In this document: positions 1-13,500 of the stretch, piece after piece
Position numbering within the stretch: position 1 is the stretch's first letter
Layout: each line of letters starts with the position of its first letter
Assembly: GCA_905178155.1 (NCBI GenBank)
Contig: CAJINV010000002.1
Location: 10,210,146 to 10,274,145 of the forward strand
From: Amoebophrya sp. A120
Lineage: Eukaryota > Protista > Dinoflagellata
Length of the DNA: 64,000 nucleotides
Direction: 5' to 3'
Translations under genes and position numbers: made by a program
Notes under the pieces: generated by a model
What the model saw: the letters and a program-made list of their open reading frames with translations, nothing else
The model's database searches: none
What the model was told of the DNA's origin: nothing

Positions 1-458
1 GCTTCAGTACATCACTAAACTTGTCGACGAGAAGAAGTCAGCCTCTCTGAGCCCTCTGTGAAACGTTTTCACGCCATCGGTCCGATGAATTGACGACCTG
101 TTTCAGTACGTTGTCAGGCCTTTTCGCTCGGTAGAATTTTTTTTTGGAGCAACGATACTTGCATACTCGGTTTTTTTGCCATGTAGTCTTTGACTGCCTG
201 TTTCTTGCGAGAATTATATGGAACGTTGAGAGTGGTCTGTCTCTCTTCTGTGAGCGAATTTTTTGTCCTGAGCAATACGAACCTTCCTCCCTCTCCCGCA
301 CAGTGTCCTCCTGGTCATCCTCCCGCATAGCACGGCGAGGTAAAGAGGAACCACGACCACAATAGATCTAGACTGAACATCAGCAGCGTACCGCCCTTTC
401 TTAGGTTAAGACAAAGTAAGTCTACTTTGACGTCGTAGGGAAAGAAATCACTGAGATA

Positions 459-2511
459 ATGAACCGTGCCAACGCGATCGCTAATCAAGTGGTCGCGCCC
501 AATTCGGTGCACGGTGTCCAGGGGCACGCTTCTGCAAAAGTCGGCGAGAAGAATGACAACGACGCTGTAATCTGTTGCACTTTGCGGACGGCCTTGTGCA
601 AAAACAAGAAGGGGAGCTTCAAGGTAGGTTTATCAAAAAGCGATATGCAAAACAAAATGGAAAGAAGTTGGTTGCATTAGTACTTCTAGTTTTTCCACCA
701 TCTACTTCATCATCGATAAAGGATGGATCTCATCAATTTTTCTTAAAACAAATTCTCAGGACACTCCCCCGGAGGAGCTGCTTGCGGCCTGCTACGAGGC
801 CATCGTGCAAAAGACGAAAATCGATCCGGCGTTGATCCAGGATGCGCAGATCGGGAACGTTTTGCAGGGCGGCGCCGGCGCCATGGCCGCCAGGATTGCG
901 CAGTTTATGGCGAAGTACCCGGCCAACACTTCCGCGGTGGCGGTCAACCGACAGTGCTCCAGCGGGTTGCAGTGCATCGCCAACGTGTCCGCCGCCATCA
1001 CGGCGGGACACTACGACGTGGCCATCGCTGGGGGCGTGGAGTCCATGAGCATGAACAGCATGATGGACACGATCAACCCCAAGAATTTGTCGGAGAAAAT
1101 CTTCGACACGGAGGGGGCGCAGGCCTGCCTCATTCCCATGGGCATCACGTCCGAAAACGTCGCGGCAAAGTACAACATCCCCCGCGCGAAGCAGGACGCG
1201 CTCGCCTTGAGCAGTCACCAAAAAGCGTTGAAGGCACAGGCGGAAGGTAATTACTACAACAAGGGATGATTTTGATATATGATCATGTGTTCGGTGAAAT
1301 AGAATCAGTGCGTCGAATAGTGAGAAACACATAATTTTCAGCAACATGTGTGGACCACGACTGCAGCTCTGCAGCATCCATCAGTATGCGTTTACAACGA
1401 TTGCGGAAATTTTCGTGCGTCAAAATCGAGTCCTCTGTCATCATCTTCTTGATCATCGTCTCACAATACTATAAACACTAGGTCTCTACGACGAAGAAAT
1501 TATCCCGGTTACGGTGACACTCAAGGACAAGAAGGCTGGCACGGAAAAGCAGATTACGGTCACCAAGGACGAGGGCCCGAGACCGGGCGTCAAGATCGAG
1601 GACCTGGCAAAGCTCGGACCGGCCTTCCAGAAGGGCGGAACTACAACCGCGGGGAACAGTTCCCAGACGACCGACGGGGCCGCGATGTGCCTCATCGCAT
1701 CAAGAAAAAAGGCGAAAGAGTACTTAGATACAGTTTGAATTTATTGCTGTTTCCCCATCACTCATACTAGGCTCTAACAAAGGTGAGTATTCATACATGG
1801 ATGCAGTTCGTAGTTGTGCTGCGAGTAGCTGCAAATTTATTATTTGCAATTCCGAACGGTACAAAAAAACTGCAGACTCGGACTTCCAATCGTTGGCAAG
1901 ATGATTTCTTTCGCCGTAGAGGGTTGTCCCCCGGACATCATGGGAATCGGCCCAGCTGTTGCTATTCCGTCAGCGCTGAAAAAGGCAGGACTCACCGTGA
2001 ACGATATCGACATTTTCGAAGTCAACGAGGCCTTCGCCAGTCAGGCGACCTACTCTGTCGAACACCTCGGTATTCCGGCCGCAAAACTGAATCCCAAGGT
2101 AAGCACTTCATATACGCTTTGGAATTCGTATATATGATATTGCGGTCCTGGCGCAGCTATATATATATTCATGGTCGGAAAACCAGGAGCTTCTTGCCGT
2201 TGCGTACACGTACTTTGCGTCCTTTATTGTGGATCATCATGATCATACTAGAACTAGATGTGTACACTCAGCAAAAGAACAATACATTCACCAGGTCGAT
2301 GATCACACGTTCAATGATAGATTGATTGGTGCTTCAAAACAAAAAATAGGGCGGCGCGATTGCACTTGGCCACCCATTGGGCGCCACGGGAGCACGAATG
2401 TGTGCGACACTGATGCCAGAGTTGAAGAGACAAAACAAAAAATTGGGCGTAATCTCGATGTGCATCGGCTCTGGCATGGGCGCGGCCGGGGTTTTCGAGC
2501 GTGAATACTAG
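459..2511 (+). CDS. Peroxisomal-type 3-ketoacyl-CoA thiolase; 5 exons (459-623, 760-1246, 1482-1719, 1876-2098, 2350-2511)
   Basis: Thiolase motifs [64 protein letters not shown] and SMCIGSGMG join in frame across four GT-AG introns; the N-terminus RANAIANQV resembles a PTS2 signal. Confidence 0.95.
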
Positions 2512-3759
2512 GGCTTGATTCTGCAAATTCATATGTTGTACCTGCTCCACATCTTTTGTGGCGTTTTTTTGTGGTTTGCAGTGCTACTTTTTAACAAGAA
2601 AAAGCCCCGACTGAAACTTCTTTTCCGCAGAGCACAGACACAATTGCGCATGGGTAACAGAATCGCCATAACCAGGATGGCCTGACTTCATTATCCTGTC
2701 AACTTTGACATCAAGATCAACGTAAAGAAAAAGATAGTGTGAGGGTAGTATCTAAACCCGAAGACATCACAATTTATTTTCAAAGACATTGACATCACCA
2801 ACGGAATTAGTATCAATAACAATCACTCCGGGGAGGGTTTTTTTCATAGCCACGACAGACCTTTTTTTTTTGTGTATCACAACTACTTTTTGCAAAAGTG
2901 AATTTTCCACCTTTTCCCTGTGTGGCCAGAGCCGCACTCTCGATGGGCGCAGCCTTTTGTTACGACCTATTTTTTGCACCGGAGCATGGTTTCAATTTCA
3001 ATTCACAGATTTGACCCCGAGATAGACTTCGCAATTTTTGATGCGACCTTCACCCTGCCCTTGACATGTTATTTATCACTACACGGCGCATGGAAAACTT
3101 CTAGAATGTTTAAGGGAACTAAACAAGTACAGGAATAGCTGGTCGCGTTTCAGTTGAAAAAAACACACCTCACGTCAGCCCGCCCTGTGGGTGGTGCAGC
3201 TTCGTTGCTAGTTCTTACGGGAAATGTGAACACGTAAAACAACTATGGGTCATAAACTACTCGGAGGGCACGACCGAGCATGCTTGCTTGATTTCTTAGC
3301 GGAATCAAGTAAGATGTCGTCTGGAAACGCCGCATTGAATGGCTAGAGGCAAGCGGCAAGAAAAACTTGTTCGCTGGTAGCGTGGTCTTCGGAATCGCAT
3401 TGCTATACATAGGCTTCCACACCCACACATCAATGTAGAGTGCAAGGTTCTTCTGACCGTGCATAGGACGACCCATCGGTACCTCATTGAGTCAGTTTAG
3501 TTGGATGAGAGACACAGACAGAAATGAAGTGTGATTGAGTCGCGTCTTGAAGAGATCGCCGTGATGTCTCTGGTTGTCGCCGGTATGGAGCGTACCTCCT
3601 CATCGATCGACGCTGAAATACGCACATGATCTTTTGAAGACCTACGCACTCTCTAGAGAGAATTCAATCTTCTAGCCTAGTTGCGGTTCGTCTGGTCCCT
3701 CCCCCTCGTCAAGTCCGGTTTGATGTCAACGACACAGTGAAAATCTCAAGAAAAGCAGT

Positions 3760-6164
3760 ATGGCTTCGTTTTTCGCGGAGCTGGTGGAGGGCTTTTCGGC
3801 TGATTATGCCCTGAAGCCCGCCGAATTCAAGCAGGCGGAAAGCATCAAGGAGAAGAAGATCAGCTACGGAAGGGTCTCGGAGCTGGTGAGTCAGTTTGAG
3901 GGACTAAAGGGAAAAAGCGGAAAGAGTAGTGGAAGTACATCTTCTCCGACCGGCGACCTTGCACAGCACCCGACTATAGGAGCGACAGCGGTACTACAAC
4001 TGCGGGAGCAAGAGTCCTCCTCCTGCACGGAATCTGCTAGCAGCACTGCAATATCTCACAGAAAAAAGCTGGCAGGGCATATTTGTAATGCAAAAATAAA
4101 TTTAAATACACAGAAAAACCTGTCATGGGCGACCTCGTAGCATGCTATTTCGGGTATGCAATACAAGTTTTTTTGTCTATTTATTTTTGCATTACAGCCA
4201 GCTTTTTTCTCTGGGATATGCAATCGCTCCAATCACCGGAAACATTTCGAGTTCCAGCTCCTCCTCCGGTGAGGAGCAGGGCACCTCGGCCTGGGGCCCA
4301 TCTTCTCGTGGTGCCGAAAACGGAGCGGCTTATCATGCGCAAGTGCATCTTCAACGGCGCCGGGCGCCGACAACTGCCGAACAGGAAGGAGACAATCCCT
4401 TCCTCGATTTTGCTTCGGGACTGTTCAACAGCTTGGTCAGCGGCGACTTTGAGTGGACGGATGGAGGCAGTAGCAGTAACGCGAACAGGAGACAAAGCAG
4501 ACCACCTGAGCAGCACCACGACCAGGGGTCCGCACTTTTCACGAGGGTCGCGACGAGTGACGAACCGATGACCCACACCAGCGCGCCCGCGCCCCACCCG
4601 GACCCGCTGCGAGCGCAAGGTTTATTTCCAATGCCACCGGAGCGACAGCCTGTTGCACAGGAGGAACCAGATGACATAGCGCACCCGGGAGGTGCGCCGG
4701 AACACTTGCAGTCGCCGAAATTATCCCACTCGTCAAGCTCCTCAGCAGCCACGCCGCCACGCACCGACGCAATGATTGCGTCGCCCGCTGCGGGCCGCGC
4801 TACCTCAACGACCTTTTCACCCGACCCGCCGCCGTCGAGCAACAAGAAGCTCCTTTCATCCGCCCCTGCACCGCCTTCAAACTCGCAGTTCGCTGCCGTG
4901 ATGCGGATAGAAAGAGAGTGGTACGAGAAGGGGGATGAGGAAATAAACGCGACCTGCTCCTCCGGCGCAGATGATGGGGTAACCGGAAGTAGTCAGAATA
5001 GGGTATCAGGCTCCTCGTCGACGAACACCGATATTGACGCCCGCCTGGAGAAGTTTCTCGCGCGTTTTGCTGACTACCAGACGGAAATCGTGAAGTTGCC
5101 GTCGGCGGCGTCGTCTTCGGCCGATGTCGGTAAACTAGTTATCCGGATTTGTCGTTTTTGATTCCTTTTTCGTTTCAAAACGGAATATCTCGTGCTGTGG
5201 AGGTTTGAGTGCTCGTAAAAAAATAGCATGATAATTATTCCAAACGAGTAGAAGAACGGAACCTTGTGCATAGATGCTTTTGGCATCATTATGCGTTACG
5301 ACTTCATCTGCACGATCATGAACAACAGGCTCCAGAGGAGGTCTCGTCACTGACCATCGGGCAACTACCGCACCGGCAGCAAACACGTACCGCATCCGCG
5401 GCCGCGACGTGGTGCTCCACTGGAACACGGACAGCTACTTCCTCGAGGTGATTGACGGGCCGATGCGGCAAAATTTGGAAGATTACCTGGTCACAGGTGA
5501 CGTCTCCACCGCACGGTACGACGAGCTTTCCCCGCTGAAGAAGCTGAACAAGTTCACCGACGCCAGTAGCTCCGCGAAAAAGCAGTTTTCCTTCAACGAC
5601 CACGAGTGTTCCTACAACCGCATCGAGGCGATGCGCGTCGCGAAGGAGCAGGCGAAGCTGCGCGCGAAGATGTCGGCATCGAATAGTTACACCGGAGAAA
5701 GCGGGTTGGGAGGCTCGATAAGCACAAGCAGCGTCCAGGCTTTTAGCAGGTATACTGAATTTTTATGCTAGGCGGGATCGATCTGCTTGTGTTCGTGTTG
5801 ACGTGTTATCGGCGCGTACGAAACCATGACAAAGTCATGCAGGGCTACTAGATAAAAACAGCATCAAGTGAATTTATTTACTCATTTCCGCAAACCGTAA
5901 ATAAACTCAAACTCCAGGTATCGTAAATGGCACGAAGCCGCGCTGAAGAAGGAAGCGCCGATCGACGCTTATGGCAATCGTGTGGAGCAATCGACCGGGC
6001 TTTCGTCGTACTTTGGCAGCATGTTTCAAAGTGACGCGGGGAGCAGCATGGTGACCGAAAGAGAGACCGGTATAGAGCGCCAAGGCACCGAGGTAAACAC
6101 AGACCCGGTAATGTACACCCCACCTGTAATGCTGAATCCTTTAGGAAGTTATGCCGCTCTGTAG
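3760..6164 (+). CDS. Hypothetical Ser/Pro-rich protein; exons ~3760-4051, 4224-5129, 5329-5749, 5918-6164
   Basis: ORFs 3760, 4142, 5409 and 5982 join in frame through one TIR-element intron and two GT-AG introns; no confident family (only a faint GAS2/GAR-like segment YRIRG...LEDYL). Confidence 0.7.
4052..4218. mobile_element. Introner-like TIR element, 167 bp (family C), TSD TGCAA
   Basis: TATCTCACAGAAAAAAGCTGGC...GCCAGCTTTTTTCTCTGGGATA plus inner IR TGTAATGCAAAAATAAAT; TGCAA at 4047-4051 and 4219-4223; removal gives ...STAIAPITGN... Confidence 0.9.
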
Positions 6165-7203
6165 TGCGTGCAGTGTGAAAACGAAAACTCAAGCTCGAAA
6201 CTTTTTCTAGACGAAGAAGCAGCTCGAGCGAAAATCGGTCTGAAGTGTACAAAAATGTAAAGATCTCAAGTATCACATCTTGATCTTCCAAAACCTTCCG
6301 ATATGCGGGCTCTTGTGCGGTGCACCAGGTGCGCAGATCCAAGGATGGAATAAGAAGCAAAAAAAACGAACAAGGCCCCCCGTCGGGGGCTTCTGCTGTG
6401 TCACCCGTAAACAAGGATCGTCGCGATGCAACTCTGCGGAGGTTTCAACACAGGAAACACCAAAAGAAAAATGTCAAAATTTGCAACACCGGAAGTTCTT
6501 TCGGTATGCGACACAACTGACGACAAGGTGATAGAGATGGCGATGTTGTCAGTAAAATTCTTGGAGCGTGGATGTGCGTGATCCGAAAATTCGAAGTTCA
6601 TCGACATCAGTCAATGTAGAAATCAATGCTAAAGCTAAATGACCGTCGCTACGAGTTTTCTGTGCGAAAGTCGGTCGCTTGTGCGCTATTTTTGAAAAAG
6701 ATCTCTCGGAAGATAGCGGAAAATAAATTCTCGGTGCAAGCGCCATGAGGAATCTCTGACTCGGTTTTGAAATTCGGATCAATTGCGACACAACATCCAT
6801 TCGAAATTCGATCACTATGCATCCTCCTCAAAAAAGAGTGCAAAATGACGGGGAGTCCCCTCAACATAATAACCAGCAACCCGACAGCTAGCCTCTTTTG
6901 AACAACTTAGTAGACTTCAACTTAGAAAACTAATTCGGATTTCCAATATCGCTTTCGTGTATTGAATCTAGCCCTGCACATCCGTCGAAAAGTGTTCTTT
7001 ACTTTGCATCATCTGCATCAATTTGAATTTGCAACCACGACCACGCTACAGACATATTTTGACTTCCTGCATATTCTGCTTCAAATTTCGCACTTACCAT
7101 ATCTTTTCCGTCGACGTCCTCAGTTTTTTGCTACTGGAAGACAAACCTGCATAAGTACTCACGTTCTGTTGTTCCTCACTCACAAAAAAGCACGCACGAT
7201 AAA

Positions 7204-9066
7204 ATGACTGTGTTGTCGAAGATGCTTGCTCACACCGCGGTCGCGGTGACTTTGTCCCGTGCCGTCTCGTTGCGATCTGGTACGCAGACCCCCCCGCCGC
7301 ACGGAAATAATAACGCCGCTGCGGCCAGTACGGGTACGACTCCAAGCACTCCCGGCACGAACCTCTCGGGCTCGGAAACGCACGACATCTGGGGGGACAA
7401 TCCTCTGTCGGAGACTGACAGAGCCTTGCTGCTATGGAACCTGATGCGCATGCATGGGCGAGAAGTAGAACCTGAAAACAACTATGTTGCCCCGCCACCA
7501 CCCGAAAATGGTACAACCGGAGGAGCTGCTCCCAGCAATCTTCCGGAGGGCCTCGGTCCCATGACCGCCGCGGACATCCAAAATTTGGTGCGCAACGTAC
7601 AGCCCACGAACAATTTCAATGGCCTGTACAACACCATCACCGACGTGCCGCCGCGCCCCGTGATGGACGCCGCAACTTCGCTCGTGAGTCAGCAACAGAA
7701 TTATGGCGCTTACATTCCGCCCGTCGTCCCCGCGAACCTGCTGCAACCGCAGCCGCAGCGTATTCTCGGACCGTCGAACCTAACCGACCAACCGCAGAAC
7801 TACGGTGCTTACATACCACCAATCGTCGCGGAGCCGGAGTTGCAACAGCCGCAACCACGCCGCATCTTGCAGTTTTTGCCCGAGTCTCCAGAGGACACCA
7901 ACCTGGAGCAGACGCCGCAATCCATGGTGCGGTATGTCAATCCCGCCTTCCAGGCAGTTTACGGAGAGGAGTTGGAAAGGCCTCAAGCGGACCTCATCGC
8001 CGCAAGAGAGCGGGAACAGGCCGAACACTTGTTCGAGACCCCACTGCGGAACGCAAATCCTGGGCCGGGCCGGTGGGCGCAGGACCAGAATGGTCGGGTG
8101 GGCGACACCCCGTGGGCGCTCTTGGGCGTGAACGAGGACCGGATGCGGCGGTTCAGGGAGCGAGAGGCGAGGCGGCAGGACCTTATGCAAAATGGGCGCG
8201 ATGAAGGTGTGGTCCGGAGCCTCTTCGGCGCGGGTGCTGGGACGGAAGAGGAACTACCTGTTCCGGTTGTGGATCATGCGGTCGAGGAAAATGACGACAA
8301 TCTCTCGGTCGCGACCCTGTTGTCTCCCCGCGGTCTGAATGGTGCGGAACATGGCCACGTCAACAGTCCGGCTACTTCGGAAGCAACGTTTGCCGTGCCA
8401 GTTGCCGGGTCGCCGCAGTCTATGGCCGCCGGGTCGCCGCAGTCTATCGCGTCCATGGTGGAATACCCGGCTGCTCGCCCAGATTCTCGTCCTCCGTCCC
8501 CTTCCCGTCTTACCAGGCGAAACGTTGCGCTCTACCTCGAGGACAATACCAACCTTGCCTCCCGTGCGGAAAGCGGCGTTGGCAGCGTCCCGCAGACTCC
8601 GTCCGCCAAACGCGCGCATGGCCGCGCCGCGCGTCGCAGCAGAACAAGCTTGAGTAAGAGACGAGGTGCGACGTCGTCACGGTCCTCGTCCTCCGGCCGC
8701 ACGCCCCGCAGCAGAAGCGTAACGCCGCTGGGTGCGTCTGCCCCGTCCGAGCAAATCGCTGAGGTCGCCAGTCCGATGCGTCGTGGCGTTCTGCGTCGGG
8801 GACAGGAGGTACGTGTCAATCCGCCAGAGAACTCAGGCAAGGCCACCAGAGATATCAGTGCGAGCGCCGCTACCTTGATGCATTCGACCGCAACTTCTAA
8901 TCAGTTCGCGTCGACTCTCAACACCTTGAGCGCCTCGCAGCCGGCTTCCTATTCCACTCGCCCCAATCTGGTGAAGACCCCGGGGGGCAAAATCTGGGAG
9001 AAGCTGGGGCCCAAACCAGGACACGGTTACAGGCTGAAATACATTCCCGCCCAAAAAAAGTTGTAG
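7204..9066 (+). CDS. Hypothetical 620-aa low-complexity protein with a possible N-terminal signal peptide
   Basis: Long intronless ORF with GC-rich codons, hydrophobic N-terminus and internal repeats QNYGAYIPP x2 and AGSPQS x2. Confidence 0.7.
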   Translation: MTVLSKMLAHTAVAVTLSRAVSLRSGTQTPPPHGNNNAAAASTGTTPSTPGTNLSGSETHDIWGDNPLSETDRALLLWNLMRMHGREVEPENNYVAPPPPENGTTGGAAPSNLPEGLGPMTAADIQNLVRNVQPTNNFNGLYNTITDVPPRPVMDAATSLVSQQQNYGAYIPPVVPANLLQPQPQRILGPSNLTDQPQNYGAYIPPIVAEPELQQPQPRRILQFLPESPEDTNLEQTPQSMVRYVNPAFQAVYGEELERPQADLIAAREREQAEHLFETPLRNANPGPGRWAQDQNGRVGDTPWALLGVNEDRMRRFREREARRQDLMQNGRDEGVVRSLFGAGAGTEEELPVPVVDHAVEENDDNLSVATLLSPRGLNGAEHGHVNSPATSEATFAVPVAGSPQSMAAGSPQSIASMVEYPAARPDSRPPSPSRLTRRNVALYLEDNTNLASRAESGVGSVPQTPSAKRAHGRAARRSRTSLSKRRGATSSRSSSSGRTPRSRSVTPLGASAPSEQIAEVASPMRRGVLRRGQEVRVNPPENSGKATRDISASAATLMHSTATSNQFASTLNTLSASQPASYSTRPNLVKTPGGKIWEKLGPKPGHGYRLKYIPAQKKL

Positions 9067-10572
9067 GTGCGTTATGTTGTTGAGTAGAAATCGAAGTTTG
9101 AGAACAAAGTCAAAATTTGGTCTAGTAGCTGCTCTTTGTAGTAGCCATTTCATAATATCTACCTGGCTTCGCGCTAGAGAATAAGTTAAAGAATTAAGTC
9201 TATGATGCTTCTATCGCTACGGCTGCGTAGGTCAATTAAACGTAAACCAGTATGGTGTTGCAAGCTAATTAAAACTTGATGTAAGATACGGCTGCTGTTG
9301 CTGAGCCATTTGTTGTACTCGTCTATCTTTTTTCTGCATTCCCCTGCCTTGGACTTACAAATTAGTAGCAACAGTACCGTCATGTGACTTCTATCTTCCA
9401 GACAAAACGAAGTCGCTCGTCTTGAAACTCCAATGCACAAATTCTATAGCCATTTTTAGCACCGCTCTAGTTTTTCTTTTCTGAAAACCATGCAGAGTTT
9501 TTGCGCAAGGTAAGTAGCGGATTCCTTGCATTCCTTCGTATCTTTCTCAGACAGCAATCTTTCAGCTTAGACATTGCAATACGAGATTGTAGTTCCCTAA
9601 CATGAGTAGAGACGATGACGAAGAAATTCAAAATGAATACAAAAACGCATGCAGAAACAGCCGTTCCTTGCGGAACTTGAATAAAACCAATCGTGGTTCG
9701 GATTCTGTTCTCCTTGTCTTGTCTTTGGATCCGTGATGTCAAATCAAGTTCATCGTTGTTCATCCATCGTGTAGTTGATGTGGCACCGTGCAGCTACATT
9801 GTTCGTCATGTGTGCACCCTCTTGTTGATATATGTGTCCTCATAGCATTTGTCGGGGAAAGGCAGTCCAGTTTTGGTATTAGCACATAGATTTAGTCGCA
9901 GTCCTTTGTGTTGATTGGTTTCGACGAGCATGAAATACGAAAGCTACCGTGTTAGAATTCTTCCGCAGTCGGTTCACATTCATGAAAAGATCCCAAGAGA
10001 AGAACGCAGGAGACCAGTGCAGGCAGATGCAGATCTTATTTGTTTTGAATTATGCATTGAATATAATCGGTTATCCTCGTATCTTCATTCCCCCAGAGGC
10101 AGGAACCATAACGTCTTCGAATCTACTACGGCGCGATTGTCTCGTGAATTTGTACTACCCCTTTGCCTCTCTCAATGTGAATCTCTCAATCCATATTTTC
10201 TGAGCTCTTTGCTCTTTCTTTTCTACATTGTTTGATTTCCGTGAAGTTAAAGCTATCTTTTGGTTTTTAATACTATCTACCCCGTTTAGTACAGACACAG
10301 CAACTTGAGCTTGTCATTGCCGTGCTTCGAAGATTTTCATTTTCTCCTGGGTGGCCGGTCACTGCTAAAACGGGCGGTGAAACGTCACCCGGTGTGCAGA
10401 TGAGATTCATCTTGTTTGCAGATATTCTTACCTTCAGGATTGCTCAATAGTATGCGAGAGGATTTTTCCCGCTCACCTTAAGAAGCGCACACGTCATTCA
10501 TTTTCTCCTGTGACAAAAACTGAATCGATTGAGGCTGAACTACTTATATCAAAACCCTGGAACTACAACATA

Positions 10573-13500
10573 ATGGCCCCTACCACCCCCGCCCCCTCTC
10601 CACCAGCCAAGTTTTCTTTTTTCGTTGACCGCGGGGGTACGTTCACGGATTTCCTGATTTTGAATCACAAGGACAATTCCCTGGATACGTTGAAACTGTT
10701 GTCCGTTGACCCGAAGAACTACGACGATGCCCCCATCGAGGGCATTCGCCGCACCCTGGACACGCATCCGGATTCAGAGCTGCGGGGGAAACTGCCGCGG
10801 GGCAAAAAGATCCCGCCGAGGTACGTCAACTCGATCCGCATGGGCACCACCGTGGCCACGAACGCGTTGTTGGAAAAGGAGGGGGCGCGGGTGCTGTACA
10901 TAACCACCAAGGGACATGAAGACATGCTCAAGATCGGCAACCAGAGCAGGCCGGACATCTTCGACTTGGAAGTGAAAACGCATGGGATGCTGTACGAGAA
11001 TGTCGTCGGAGTGGACGAACGGGTGGTCGTGGGGAGGGACTCCGTCGATTGTGCGAAGAAGAGGATGTCGGAAACATCGCTGGCACGACGGCGAGGAGCA
11101 GTAGAGGAGGTCAAAGCGGAGAAATCTACAGCAGCCAGCACTGTGGTCTCCGAAGATATTTCTGCACCAGCAGAATCTCTTTCGTCGTCCAGTGAAAAAC
11201 AGCTGCCAATCTTTGTTGAGAAGGCACTGCCGTTGGACCTGGAAGACGGTGACCATCGGAAGTTGGAGTTGCAGAAAGAGTTGGAAAGTAAAATATCGGC
11301 CTTGATGTCTTCCGGCAGAGAAGGTGTCGAGAACATCGAGTCCTCTCAAAAATCTCGTGCTGAGATTGAGAATGACGAGGACGCAGGAACCACAGAAAAT
11401 AACACTACGACTACAAGAATACGAAATAAAGATAAATCACCTGCGCGTGCGGCCTCGACATCCACACCAGCTAGGCCAACCAGCATTGCGATAAACCTGC
11501 TTCATTCGTACCTGTACCCGAAGCACGAGAAAAGGCTCGCCGCGTATTTGAAAAAAAATCTGAAACAGAAGTTCATTTCAACTTCCTCGCAACTGTGTCC
11601 GATGAAGAAAGCCGTGCCCCGAGGCTTCACAACCTGCGTAGATGCCTACTTGACGCCGAAAATCCTCGAGTACGTAGAGCAGTTTTGCGACGGGTTCGAC
11701 AAGCAGAACGGGCACGAGTTCCGCGAATTCTACGAGAAGAAGCTGCTGTTCATGCAGTCCGACGGGGGACTCACAAACATCGACAATTTCACCGGTTTTC
11801 GCGCCATCGTCTCCGGCCCGGCGGGCGGATGCGTGGGCTTCTCGCGGACGACACCGAGATTTCAGTTCAGGAGGGACAGCGACCACGACGGCGACGAGGA
11901 GCCTCAAAAAACTCAGGACGATGTGTTGCTGAAAAAAGAAAAATCTGCCCCTCCTCTTGAAAATAACCGCCGGCTCTACCTCCCTATCATCGGTTTCGAC
12001 ATGGGCGGGACTTCTACCGACGTGTCCCGGTTCGATCCGAATAACGGAGAAAACAACTTCGACCAAGTGCTGGAAACCACCATTGCCGGGTACACCATCC
12101 AGGCCCCGCAGCTGGACATCAACACGGTTGCGGCGGGCGGTGGCAGCCGCCTCTGGTTCCGGAACAACATCATGGATGTGGGCCCCGAATCCGCGAAGGC
12201 GCACCCGGGACCGGTCTGCTACAAAAAGCACGGCTACCTCGCGGTCACCGACGCCAACGTAATTCTCGGCCGGGTGTTGCCGATGTACTTTCCGAAAATC
12301 TTCGGGGAAAAGGAGAACGAGGCACTGGACAGGGAGCTCGCGTATGGAGAGCTCGAGAAAATGATAATGATTTCTTCCGGTAATAAGGAGAAACAATCAT
12401 CTATTTCCGCGTACCCCGTCGAGGACGCGGCCGCGGGGTTTCTGAAGATCGCGAACGAGAAGATGTGTCGCCCGATTCGGGAGCTCGCGGAATCGCGGGG
12501 TTTCGACGTTAAAGCGCACGTGCTTGCCTGTTTCGGCGGGGCGGGCCCGCAGCACGTGTGTCAGATCGCGAAGCAGCTTGGCATCGAGAAGGCCTTCGTA
12601 CACAAGCACTCCGGGATTCTGTCCGCGTACGGGATGGGCTTGGCGGACGTCAGCAAGGAGTTTTCGATCGCAGCGGCGACTGTCGAGGGTCTGGATTGCG
12701 TCCTGAAAAAGCAGCCTGGTGATTTTTCCTCCTCGTTGCCGTCGAGAAATCTGCGTGAAAAAAGCAGACCCGCGACACGTGCGACTACTACTCACCACGA
12801 TGCCCCCTATGCGCAGCAAGTCAGCCTCTTTGAGAAAACCTTCGAGCAGCTGGAGCGACAATGCCGCCAGGTGTTGCGCGAAGCGGGATTTGAAAAGGAC
12901 GAAGATTGCCTGTTCCAGTTTTACCTGCACTTGCGCTACCGGGGGAACGACAACCTGCTGATGGTAGAAGCAACTGCACCAGCAGCACCAGGACTGGACA
13001 GAGCTTCGGAGACCATAAACTTGAGTAGCTCGAAAAAATCTTCACCGCGGCCCTGGCTCTTCGATTTCCACGGAGCCTTCAAGCGGTTATTTGCGCAGAC
13101 CTATGGTTTCGCGCTGGCCGACACGCGCGAAATTCTTGTCGAGGATTTCCGCGTCAAGGGAACGGGCAGGATTCAGGACAAGATACTGGTAAGGAAGGAG
13201 GACGCAGCTCATGCTTCCTCGAAAAATAAGGCCGACGTCGAGGATACACTAACGGAACGGAAACAAAACAAGCCTTCATCTTCTCCGAAGCGCATGAAAA
13301 CTGTGAAACAAGAACAACACGACGATCCGTTTCCGCAGCGCAGACACGCCCGCTGTGCCGCGGTCCACAAAATGTACGATGCGGAGGGGAGAAAGTACGT
13401 CAGTGCGCCGGTATTCTTCGTTTCACCGCCCAAGGAAAATCCTCTTGCGACCGGCAGAAACACGACGGGCTTCTTGGGAGAAGTATCTGCACACATGGAC

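Noticed and set aside
38-328. Short minus-strand ORF at the window start
   Set aside because: No recognisable homology or reliable exon structure
9135-9462. TAGCCATTT matches to the dinoflagellate spliced leader
   Set aside because: Only 9-10 nt match and no GGCTCAAG continuation
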